Part shown: positions 10,317 to 18,677 of the stretch, one piece after another
Position numbering within the stretch: the stretch's first letter is position 1
How the letters are laid out: each line of letters starts with the position of its first letter
Assembly: GCA_016432485.1 (NCBI GenBank)
Contig: CP066691.1
Span: forward strand, 217,294 to 281,293
Source of the DNA: Candidatus Niyogibacteria bacterium
Lineage (GTDB): Bacteria > Patescibacteriota > Minisyncoccia > HO2-45-28
DNA: 64,000 nt
Direction: 5' to 3'
Notes under the pieces: model-generated
The model's database searches: none
The model's input: only the letters and a program-made list of their open reading frames with translations
What the model was told of the DNA's origin: nothing
Position numbers and translations under genes: made by a program

Positions 10317-11472
10317 AAATCAAATAAAATCCAATTAAATCCAAATAGGGTTTATCTAAAATTTGGTCATAATTTTTAAAAAACCCCTTCATCTTATCAG
10401 ATGTTTGTTCAATGATTGAAAATGAACGGCCGTGCGCGGTGTAACGCTTGAAAGACGGGTCACTCAAAGCTTCGTGGAATGCGGATATTTTTCCATGGCC
10501 GGTCAACATAATTTTTTCGGGCGCCAAGTCCGGCAGTACGCGCTTTTCCAGCGCCTCTTTAAATAAATTCTGCCATTCTTTGACCGCTTCTTTCAATACC
10601 ACCTCAAGAGATCTTTTAAATTTATCATCAAGTTTATTTTCCATATAATTTGAAATCAGCTCCGAAACTTCGTTTAAATCCAGGCGCAGCGCCGAACCGA
10701 CACGGCGCGCCACGTAATTAATACCTCGGCCGAAAGAAGCCATTTTTAACATCTGGCCGCCTTTAATTAAAATTAAATCGGTTATCTCTCCTCCGATATC
10801 CACAACGAATAAATCTTTATAGCCCTCTCGCAGAAAGATATCGAAAAGAACCCGCGGCGAGCTTCTGAACTCCGTGGATTTAACGCCGTGATTTTCAAGA
10901 AGTTTTTTTATGCCGGCGGCCGCTTCGCTAAAAATGGCTGAGATATAAATTGAGACGAAAAATTCCACAGCCCGTTTGCCTAAAATATTTTGACGCGGCT
11001 CCCGGACCGGATAACCGTTTAATTTAGCGCTCATTATGAGTGAACGCGTCAAAGCCAAATCTTCCTGCAAGAAGCCGAAATAAGAAGATGTGTCTTTTTT
11101 AAAACTATTTTCTTGCGCAAGCATAATTTCGGCGATAAATTTTTTATCTATAACAATTGGCGGGTCAAATTTTTTAGACACTAAACGTGAATCGGAAAAA
11201 TACCACGGCGAAGAAAAAACGACCATCGCTTCATCGGCTTTCCGGCCGCTTTTCTCATATTCCCACATCACATTCTCAATCAACGCGTATATTTTTCGCC
11301 AGAGACCGCGTAAATTCACTTCCGGCATAATCACATTTTCGGACCGAAACAACCTTTTAACATCTATCTTTTCTCCGGAGCCGAAAGACGCCAGGACGCA
11401 ATTTACCCTGGAACTTCCTATGTCAAAAATCAGCTTTTGCTTTACCGATTTTCCCGCGCCGAATAAAAACAT
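10291..11472 (-). CDS. Actin-fold ATPase of the FtsA/PilM family (393 aa)
   Basis: N-terminal LIFDIGSSRV phosphate-1 motif and DIGGEITDLILIKGG phosphate-2 motif. Confidence 0.55.
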   Translation of the reverse strand: MFLFGAGKSVKQKLIFDIGSSRVNCVLASFGSGEKIDVKRLFRSENVIMPEVNLRGLWRKIYALIENVMWEYEKSGRKADEAMVVFSSPWYFSDSRLVSKKFDPPIVIDKKFIAEIMLAQENSFKKDTSSYFGFLQEDLALTRSLIMSAKLNGYPVREPRQNILGKRAVEFFVSIYISAIFSEAAAGIKKLLENHGVKSTEFRSSPRVLFDIFLREGYKDLFVVDIGGEITDLILIKGGQMLKMASFGRGINYVARRVGSALRLDLNEVSELISNYMENKLDDKFKRSLEVVLKEAVKEWQNLFKEALEKRVLPDLAPEKIMLTGHGKISAFHEALSDPSFKRYTAHGRSFSIIEQTSDKMKGFFKNYDQILDKPYLDLIGFYLIYAANYAAK

Positions 11473-11477
11473 TTAGG

Positions 11478-13181
11478 TTATTTTATAACGGCTCTAACAC
11501 GGCGCACCCCCGAAGCCACCGCCTCCTCTTTGATAATTGAAAATTTGCCTATCTCGCCGGTTTTAGCCACATGCGGTCCGCCGCATAACTCGCGGGAAAT
11601 CAAATTATCACCAACGCCGATGCTGTAAACCTTAACTTTTTTAGGGTATTTATGCTTGAAAAATGATAATGCTCCAGACTTAACCGCTTCTTCATAATCC
11701 ATCTCTTTCATTTTAACATTTAAATTTTTTTCTATCATCTTATTTACAAGCGATTCAATTTTTTTCAATTCTTCGGAAGTCAGTTTGCGCCCGAATGAAA
11801 AATCAAACCTCGCGCGTTCTGGCGTGATGTCCGAGCCCATTTGTTTAACATCCTTGCCCAAAACCTCGCGAAGCGCGGCTTGCAAAAGATGGGTCGCCGT
11901 ATGCAATCTTGTAACTTTTTGCAATTCTTCCTCACTCCCCGCTTTCAGCTCGCCCGTATCCAGAATAAGCCCGTGCCCGCCGAATTTTTTTTCTTGCCCC
12001 GCTTTTGAAATTTCCTGATGACGCGCAAATTCCTTGTCAAAATCCTCTCTTTTGAGCTTCGCCGCTTTTTCTCCCCCGACCTCTTTAATGATCTCGTAAG
12101 GCAGGCCGTATGTCTGGTATAAATCAAAGGCAATTTTGGCGTTAATGGCGTTCTGCTTTTCCAGTTCCTTAAGCCCGTGTTCAAGCGTTTTGGAAAATTT
12201 TTCTTTTTCTTCGCTCAAGACGGCAATTATCGCATCCGCGTCAAGTTTATAATGCGCATAGTTTTCGTTTTCAACGATAATTTTTATAACTTCCCCGATA
12301 TTCGCGCCGTAAAATATTATCCTGCGCATAAGTCGGCGTAAAACATAACCCTGTTCCTTGTTTGAAGGCAAAACTCCATCCGAAATCAAAAAGGCGGCCG
12401 CTCGGATATGGTCGGCTATTATTCTTTTCACACGAATGTTATCGTACTTTTCCGAGATTTTAATCGCATTTATGGTCGGCTCAAATAAATCCGTCTCAAA
12501 AATATTTTTCTTTTTTTGAACCAGCATCACCAAACGTTCAAATCCCCACCCGACATCAACGCCCTTTTGCGGCAGTAAAGTTAAACTCTGGTCTTTGGCG
12601 CAAAAATATTCCATAAAAACAAGGGTCGCTACTTCCAAATCGTCAACATACACCTCGTTTGCCGCTCCGCACGGTCCCTCGGCCCCGGCCGGTCCCCAAA
12701 TGTTATCCTTACGCGGACCTTTGCGGATATGGTCCGAAGGTAAAAATTTGGACCAGGCCTCGTATGACTCCGAGTCAAATGGAATTTTTTCATCACCTGC
12801 AAAAACTGTGGCTGAAATCCTCCCGGACTCAATATTAAAAACTTCGGTCAATAATTCGTAAGTCCACTTTATAGTTTCTTTTTTAAAATAATCCCCGAAA
12901 GAAAAATGTCCCAGCATTTCAAAAAAGGTAAGATGCGATTCATCGCCCACTTCATCAATATCCGAGGTGCGCATTGATTTTTGAATTGAAACAGTATTGA
13001 GCGAGCCGAAATCGCGCATCGGATCGGCTTCGCCCGTAAAATACGGCTTAAATTGCTGCATTCCGGCTGTGGTAAAAAGCACCGAGGGGTCGTCGGGTAT
13101 AAGCGAAGAAGACGGTCTAACCGTATGTCCTCTTTTTTTGAAAAAATCCAAAAATTTTTCTCTTATTTCTTGGGAAGTCAT
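11478..13181 (-). CDS. alaS: Alanine--tRNA ligase, short form (567 aa: catalytic, tRNA-recognition and editing domains, no C-Ala domain)
   Basis: MTSQEIREKFLDFFKKRGHTVRPSSSLIPDDPSVLFTTAGMQQFKPYF; editing-site HTATHLL...CGGPHV zinc ligands. Confidence 0.88.
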   Translation of the reverse strand: MTSQEIREKFLDFFKKRGHTVRPSSSLIPDDPSVLFTTAGMQQFKPYFTGEADPMRDFGSLNTVSIQKSMRTSDIDEVGDESHLTFFEMLGHFSFGDYFKKETIKWTYELLTEVFNIESGRISATVFAGDEKIPFDSESYEAWSKFLPSDHIRKGPRKDNIWGPAGAEGPCGAANEVYVDDLEVATLVFMEYFCAKDQSLTLLPQKGVDVGWGFERLVMLVQKKKNIFETDLFEPTINAIKISEKYDNIRVKRIIADHIRAAAFLISDGVLPSNKEQGYVLRRLMRRIIFYGANIGEVIKIIVENENYAHYKLDADAIIAVLSEEKEKFSKTLEHGLKELEKQNAINAKIAFDLYQTYGLPYEIIKEVGGEKAAKLKREDFDKEFARHQEISKAGQEKKFGGHGLILDTGELKAGSEEELQKVTRLHTATHLLQAALREVLGKDVKQMGSDITPERARFDFSFGRKLTSEELKKIESLVNKMIEKNLNVKMKEMDYEEAVKSGALSFFKHKYPKKVKVYSIGVGDNLISRELCGGPHVAKTGEIGKFSIIKEEAVASGVRRVRAVIK

Positions 13182-13260
13182 TTATATATTTATAATAGCA
13201 AAAAACAACCCGCGTTGAAACGGGCAAGAAACATACAGAATATCCAACAGAATATCCAAA

Positions 13261-13297
13261 GTAACATCTTTTGATACAATTGTCAGAAATATGTTAC
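13261..13297. repeat. Copy A (slightly degenerate, 37 nt) of the 36-bp palindromic element GTAACATATTTCTGACAATTGTCAGAAATATGTTAC, overlapping the 5' end of the Cas2-like gene
   Basis: gtaacatcttttgatacaattgtcagaaatatgttac; right half perfect, left half has 3 mismatches and 1 indel. Confidence 0.85.
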
Positions 13298-13300
13298 CAT

Positions 13301-13840
13301 ATGATTTATATGAAAAAATTGCCTATTACTGATAAGTTTTTGTGGAAATTATACGATCTGATAGAAAAGGCGGATGATGTGGTTGACTTTATCGGGCCGG
13401 GAACGATGTCCGAAACTGTTTACCCCGACACCAGACGTTTGCGGCACGAGTACAAGAAGGAAAACGCCAGACGAAAATTCAGCCAGTTTATGATGTACTT
13501 ACAAAATCGGGGTTATATAAAAACCAAAGCTCTGGAAGGAACAACGGGAGTGCTTTTAACGCCCAAAGGCAAGAAAAAGGTTTTACTGACAAAAAGAAAG
13601 TTTGGCGAGAAGAAAAAACGCAAAGACGGATCTTGGATTATGGTTATATTTGACATACCTGCAAAATTAGGGACGATAAGACACGTTTTGCGAGATCGTT
13701 TAAGGTGGCTTGGATATCAACAACTTCAAAAGAGTGTTTGGGTGTGCCCCTATGACACGCACAGAGAAACCGAGGAAATTATAAGAGAACTTCGCTTGAC
13801 CTCTTATGTCAAAATATTTTTTATAAAAGAGATAATTTAA
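13301..13840 (+). CDS. Small protein with an N-terminal wHTH-like region and a C-terminal Cas2-like (PaaX-C-like) domain. Orphan: no cas1 and no CRISPR array in the window
   Basis: C-terminal WIMVIFDIPAKLGTIRHVLRDRLRWLGYQQLQKSVWVCP fits the Cas2 strand-helix pattern (hydrophobic-YDI...R..L...G.R.Q.SV). The ORF track begins at a TTG at 13271 inside the repeat; the ATGs at 13301 and 13310 are more likely starts. Confidence 0.55.
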   Translation: MIYMKKLPITDKFLWKLYDLIEKADDVVDFIGPGTMSETVYPDTRRLRHEYKKENARRKFSQFMMYLQNRGYIKTKALEGTTGVLLTPKGKKKVLLTKRKFGEKKKRKDGSWIMVIFDIPAKLGTIRHVLRDRLRWLGYQQLQKSVWVCPYDTHRETEEIIRELRLTSYVKIFFIKEII

Positions 13841-13888
13841 AACATGTACAAAAAGAATTTGACGTCAATCGGCATTAAGTTAAACCCA

Positions 13889-13924
13889 GTAACATATTTC
13901 TGACAATTGTTAGAAATATGTTAC
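13889..13924. repeat. Copy B of the 36-bp palindromic element, 48 nt downstream of the Cas2-like gene
   Basis: gtaacatatttctgacaattgttagaaatatgttac, a near-perfect palindrome with one central mismatch. Confidence 0.9.
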
Positions 13925-13940
13925 TAGTATTTGGAATGGA

Positions 13941-15110
13941 TTATTTTATTATTCCGCCGCCGAGCATTTCTCCACATTTATAAAAAACAGCCGATTGGCC
14001 AGGGGTTGCGGCTTTTTGTGGCTCATTAAAAACAACCCTTACCTTCCCCCCGTCCGTGGACTTCCGAAGTCCACATTTTTGAAGGGGCTGGCGGTAACGG
14101 ATGCGCGATTCGCAATTTAACGGAAGCTCTGGTTTAATTCCTCCAATCCAATTTATATCAGTGATTTCAATTTCTTTTTCGTAAAGCGCGGGGTCTAAAT
14201 CTCCTTCAGCGACAATGAGGGTGTTAGTTGCGGCTTCTTTCGCGGCAACATAAAGCGGCTCGGAGGTGCCGCCGATTTTAATTCCGTGCCTTTGCCCCAA
14301 AGTGTAAAAATTAAGGCCGTCGTGCTCGCCTATTATTTTTCCGGAGGTAGTCGCAATCGGCCCCGGATTTTTTGGTAAAATTTCGCGTAAAAAATCGCTA
14401 AAATCAACCTTCCCCACAAAACAAAGACCTTGGGAATCCTTTTTATCGGCTGTCGGCAGTCCGAATTTCCTCGCCATTTCTCTGATTTCGCTTTTTAGAT
14501 AATCCCCTATCGGAAATAAGGCGTGTTTGAACTGATTTTGCGTAAGACGCCACAAGAAATAACTTTGGTCTTTCGCGCTATCGCGCGCAGCGTGCAAAGA
14601 AAAATTCGAAGCACTAATATCGAAACTCGAAACAAATTCCAAATTCGAATTTTCCAAATTCAAAACATTTCTTTTATTTAGGATTTGGGGGTTAGATATT
14701 ATTTCGGATTTCTGATTTCTGATTTCTGATTTTCGGACGTAGTGCCCCGTCGCCACAAAGTCCGCGCCAAGCGCCAGAGCTTTTTCCAAAAAAATACCGA
14801 ATTTTATTTCCGAGTTGCAAAATACATCCGGGTTTGGCGTTCTGCCAACAGCATACTCACGCACCATGTAATTAAAGACGCGCTCGCGATATTCTTTCTC
14901 AAAATCAAAAATATAAAATGGTATTTCCAGTTTTTCGGCAACCGCCCTCGCATCTTCAGCGTCTTTCTCAACACTGCACTGGTCCCACGCCGACCAGCAC
15001 TTCATATGGCATCCAACCACTTCAAACTTTCCGCTTTTTTTAAGCAAAGCGGCTGCGACCGAAGAATCAACTCCTCCCGACATCGCTACGAATACTTTTG
15101 GCCTTTTCAT
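13941..15110 (-). CDS. mnmA: tRNA-specific 2-thiouridylase MnmA, with an internal low-complexity insertion
   Basis: MKRPKVFVAMSGGVDSSVAA PP-loop; CHMKCW; the insertion coincides with a 7-bp tandem DNA repeat. Confidence 0.88.
   Translation of the reverse strand: MKRPKVFVAMSGGVDSSVAAALLKKSGKFEVVGCHMKCWSAWDQCSVEKDAEDARAVAEKLEIPFYIFDFEKEYRERVFNYMVREYAVGRTPNPDVFCNSEIKFGIFLEKALALGADFVATGHYVRKSEIRNQKSEIISNPQILNKRNVLNLENSNLEFVSSFDISASNFSLHAARDSAKDQSYFLWRLTQNQFKHALFPIGDYLKSEIREMARKFGLPTADKKDSQGLCFVGKVDFSDFLREILPKNPGPIATTSGKIIGEHDGLNFYTLGQRHGIKIGGTSEPLYVAAKEAATNTLIVAEGDLDPALYEKEIEITDINWIGGIKPELPLNCESRIRYRQPLQKCGLRKSTDGGKVRVVFNEPQKAATPGQSAVFYKCGEMLGGGIIK
14701..14736. repeat. Tandem heptamer (atttctg/atttcgg) x5 inside the mnmA coding sequence
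   Basis: atttcggatttctgatttctgatttctgattttcgg. Confidence 0.85.
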
Positions 15111-15138
15111 AACTTTTTATTATGAAGTAAAAATGGCC

Positions 15139-16098
15139 TTATCGCAAGTATGCGCGCTTATTCGACACGTGCTCTTCAAATGTTATTGCGTATCTGGGCT
15201 CGCTGTCTTTGCCGTGCAAATAATACCAATATAAAGTTTTTTCGGGATAAATCGCGGCGCGAATCGCGTCCAGTCCAGGGTTGCCTATGGGAGTTGGCGG
15301 AAGACCGCGATATTTATAAGTATTGTAGGGCGAATCCATTGCCAAATCTTTTTCAGTAAGTTCCGCTGAAGATTTTCCGGTTATATAAGTAAGAGCCGCA
15401 TCCACTTGCAAACCCATTCCGGCCTCAAGCCGTTTCCACAAAATGCCGGAAATTATTTTTTCGTCTTCAAAATCACTTGCCTCTTTTTCTATAATTGAAG
15501 CCATAACTACGACATCTTCAAAATCCCGCCTGCTTTTTTCAATTTCAGGCAGCAAAGGCGACGCCTTTGCGTTAAAATTATCTCGCATAATCCCTATTAT
15601 CTTTTCGGGCGAAGTGTTCGGCAGGAAAAAATAAGTGTCCGGAAAAAGATAACCTTCTTCTTTTTCGGCAAAACGCATCCAGTCCTTACGGCTGAAAAAT
15701 CCGAGTTTTTCAAAAAGTCCGCCCATCTGCCAGACGGTCCAACCCTCCAGAATCGTCACGCGAGTCGGCGAGAGCCCGTAAATACCGCCGGTTATTCGGC
15801 GCGCGATTCCGAAAGCCGAAAGCGGCTCGTCAAAAAAATAATCTCCGGCCTTGATATTTTTCTGGCCGGAAAAAATAAAAACCAAAAATTTGAAAACAAA
15901 AGGGGACTTTATAATATTTTCTTCGTTGAAATTGGCGGCTATCTTACTCAAACCCTCGCCTTGTTTTATGGTTATTAAACGATTTTTGCCGAAGCCGGAT
16001 GAAACAGAAAAAACAGAATAGGCCGCGAAAGAAATAACAAATAAAACCGCGCCGGTGAGCATTGCCAACTTTTTTATTTTTAAATCAATTTCATTCAT
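15139..16098 (-). CDS. mltG: Endolytic murein transglycosylase MltG (YceG family)
   Basis: N-terminal TM helix plus YceG-like domain (...GLPPTPIGNPG...). Confidence 0.8.
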   Translation of the reverse strand: MNEIDLKIKKLAMLTGAVLFVISFAAYSVFSVSSGFGKNRLITIKQGEGLSKIAANFNEENIIKSPFVFKFLVFIFSGQKNIKAGDYFFDEPLSAFGIARRITGGIYGLSPTRVTILEGWTVWQMGGLFEKLGFFSRKDWMRFAEKEEGYLFPDTYFFLPNTSPEKIIGIMRDNFNAKASPLLPEIEKSRRDFEDVVVMASIIEKEASDFEDEKIISGILWKRLEAGMGLQVDAALTYITGKSSAELTEKDLAMDSPYNTYKYRGLPPTPIGNPGLDAIRAAIYPEKTLYWYYLHGKDSEPRYAITFEEHVSNKRAYLR

Positions 16099-16105
16099 TT
16101 CGAAT

Positions 16106-16738
16106 TTATTCCTTGCCTTTTATAAACGGCACGAAAGCAAAACCGGGAAATTCACGCTTGCGCAATGTTCCGTCGGCTTGTTTGATAAAAAGCCAAATAG
16201 AATTACCTATGGGCACGACCATTTTCCCGCCGATTTTTAATTGTTCCTCCCACATTTTCGGCACTTTGTAATCCACTATGCTTGCGGCGACAATAATACC
16301 GTCAAAAGGAGCTCTGTCGGGAAGCCCGACCGAAGCGTCTTGACACATCCACTCCACAACGCCCTTCTCCAAAAAATTATATTTCGCGATATTTGTTCTG
16401 CCAAATTCGCAAAGTTCCGGCACACGCTCAACGGCGAAAACCTTGCCGCTTTCCCCCACGACATAAGCCAAAAGCGCGGTCTGCCAGCCGGAACCGGCGC
16501 CAACATCCATAATTTTGTCTCCCGCCTGCGGATCAAGAAGATTAAGCATAAACGCGACGGTATATGGCTGGGAAATAGTCTGTCCTTCTCCAATGGGCAA
16601 GGCCTCGTCGGCGTAGGCGGACGATTTTAATTCCTCGGGCACGAAATCAGCGCGGTCAATCGCGCCGAAGGCCTCCAAAATTTTCCCGGCGCCCAAAACT
16701 CCGGTTCGCAAAAGATAATCCGGTAACGGATTGGACAT
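16106..16738 (-). CDS. pcm: Protein-L-isoaspartate O-methyltransferase
   Basis: SQPYTVAFMLNLL, VLDVGAGSGW-type SAM motif (DVGAGSGWQTALLA). Confidence 0.88.
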   Translation of the reverse strand: MSNPLPDYLLRTGVLGAGKILEAFGAIDRADFVPEELKSSAYADEALPIGEGQTISQPYTVAFMLNLLDPQAGDKIMDVGAGSGWQTALLAYVVGESGKVFAVERVPELCEFGRTNIAKYNFLEKGVVEWMCQDASVGLPDRAPFDGIIVAASIVDYKVPKMWEEQLKIGGKMVVPIGNSIWLFIKQADGTLRKREFPGFAFVPFIKGKE

Positions 16739-16780
16739 TTTTACATCATAACAAAAAACAGGGCTCTTTACGAGTCCTGT

Positions 16781-17806
16781 TTATGACTCTTTTTCTTTTT
16801 TTTCTCGCTCTTTTCTTTTTTTTACAATTTCCTGATAGTATTCCTCAAACCTTTTATACATATGTTCCTTTTGAATTCTTGGCTGGTCTTCAAGATATCT
16901 TAGGCCCTCTCTAGCCATTTGTTTTTCTCGCTCCGTAGAAACCGGTTCTTTAATATCGATTTTCTTTTCTGGCGAACTGAGATCTTTCGCGCCTTGTTTT
17001 TCCGGCTCCTCTTGCGTGTCTTCTAAATATTCAATCGGCTCTTCCGTCTCTTTGTTATAAATAGACAACAGATCATTCAACAGAAGGACCATCCGTTTAA
17101 GACGAAAAAAAACGCGCTCTTCTTGCAGTATCACGGACGACGGAAATGTCAAAGGTACGGGCTCACCGCTAGCAGTTGTTATCTTCATCTGATTGAAAAG
17201 ATTCATCACGGAATCCACCGCAAGGGCAACCGTATCCGGAGTAAGGTTTTCCATATATGAGTGGGCATTTTGATAAAACGCCGTCTCGCCTAAAAATGAA
17301 TCAAGGTCGTAGGTCTGGCGAAATTCCTCAAAATTTTTCTGAAACATATCGAGCGCGGCATGAAATTCATCTTGGCTCGCTTCGTATTTGGATATCGGAA
17401 ACTCCGCCTTTTTTTCCCATTTATAAAACGGAGCGCCGGCATATTTATCGTTCGCTCCATACACGGCAAAGCTTACTCGGAACACCCCCTTCACCTGAAA
17501 TGACATATTGCCGTCTTTTTGCATTCGTATGCTGCGTAAACGCGCCAATGTGCCGACGCCAAGATGTTGCATACTATGCTCGTCTCGTAAAATGGGTACG
17601 ACAATAGCCCATCTTGTATCAACAAGCGCCTGTCTGTACTCTTTATACGCTTCGGCGCGCACATTCATGCCGACGGAAAATATCTCCGGAATGTATACAT
17701 CGCCCGGAAAAAGAGCACACTCGCCCATATAGCCGAGAGTCAGCAAGGGTACAATGGAGGGAGGAGGGTTTTCTCTGCCGCCGCCCCGCCGACGTTTATT
17801 AGGCAT
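16781..17806 (-). CDS. Lon N-terminal (LON substrate-binding) domain protein with a Lys/Glu-rich C-terminal tail (341 aa). Start set at MPNKRRRGG, which has RBS AAAGGAGG 6 nt upstream
   Basis: PLLTLGYMGECALFPGDVYIPEIF resembles the Lon-N start; no AAA+ or protease domain. Confidence 0.5.
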   Translation of the reverse strand: MPNKRRRGGGRENPPPSIVPLLTLGYMGECALFPGDVYIPEIFSVGMNVRAEAYKEYRQALVDTRWAIVVPILRDEHSMQHLGVGTLARLRSIRMQKDGNMSFQVKGVFRVSFAVYGANDKYAGAPFYKWEKKAEFPISKYEASQDEFHAALDMFQKNFEEFRQTYDLDSFLGETAFYQNAHSYMENLTPDTVALAVDSVMNLFNQMKITTASGEPVPLTFPSSVILQEERVFFRLKRMVLLLNDLLSIYNKETEEPIEYLEDTQEEPEKQGAKDLSSPEKKIDIKEPVSTEREKQMAREGLRYLEDQPRIQKEHMYKRFEEYYQEIVKKRKEREKKEKES

Positions 17807-17971
17807 TGGCCGCCTCCTTTCATATCTTGCTTCTGTCAAGATTCTTAATCTCCTTTCAGTATATCTTAAAAAAACAATTAATAAAATTTGCGATCGGAAA
17901 ATATTTATTGACAAATAAAAACGCTTAGCACAAACTTAAATGAGAAAACAAATGCGGAGGGGAAAAAGAAA

Positions 17972-18634
17972 ATGTCCGGAACTAAAACATCCGAGCCAAA
18001 GCGCCTTGAAATCTATTTTGCGCACACCCTGAACACCTATGACACGCCTCTGGAAGAGGCGCTTCGTCAATTGATTGCCCATACTTTTCGCGGCATCCGT
18101 GAAATAAAAATTGAGGACCCGAACCAGCCGCATCATCAGGAGGGATATGAAAGATTCAAACGCGAACAACCGGCGGACAAGGACGGCAAGCACGGAGGAA
18201 TGAATTATTTTTATGAAATTGTCCTAAAACCGATGCTGACAGCAGACGCGCAAAGCGCGTGCGTATGCCAAACATTTCTTGACGGAAAATGGGGGTCCGG
18301 TGTGGCGGGCGAGGCAAGAAAATTCATTCTTGCCGGAAAACCCATCTGGGAAATAAAAAGCTGTAAGGCACAGCGGACAAAAATCGCTGTTGAGACAAAC
18401 AGAAAACTAATAGAATCGTTTGCGCAAGATCCATTAGACGACTTGTTTTTCCTGCGAAGAATAAACCCGTGGGAAGAAAAAAGGATTTTAGAAAATGATC
18501 CTTGGCTTGTGGTCCAGCACATAGAAACCCGTCTTCGCACATGGAAAATCTACAACCGAGAAAAAAGGCCGTTTCAAGAAGCGCATCTTGCGCCAACAGA
18601 AGTATATCCCGGATTCTATACCGAAGATAACTAA
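17972..18634 (+). CDS. Hypothetical protein (220 aa), divergent from the Lon-N gene
   Basis: RBS GGAGGGG then ATG; no family recognised. Confidence 0.55.
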   Translation: MSGTKTSEPKRLEIYFAHTLNTYDTPLEEALRQLIAHTFRGIREIKIEDPNQPHHQEGYERFKREQPADKDGKHGGMNYFYEIVLKPMLTADAQSACVCQTFLDGKWGSGVAGEARKFILAGKPIWEIKSCKAQRTKIAVETNRKLIESFAQDPLDDLFFLRRINPWEEKRILENDPWLVVQHIETRLRTWKIYNREKRPFQEAHLAPTEVYPGFYTEDN

Positions 18635-18677
18635 TATGGAAAAAGCCCATTCGCATTACGCGATGGGCTCTTTTATT

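Noticed and set aside
16781-17914. N-terminal 36-codon extension of the Lon-N protein
   Set aside because: The MPNK start has AAAGGAGG 6 nt upstream. The extension is hydrophobic read-through of the promoter region.
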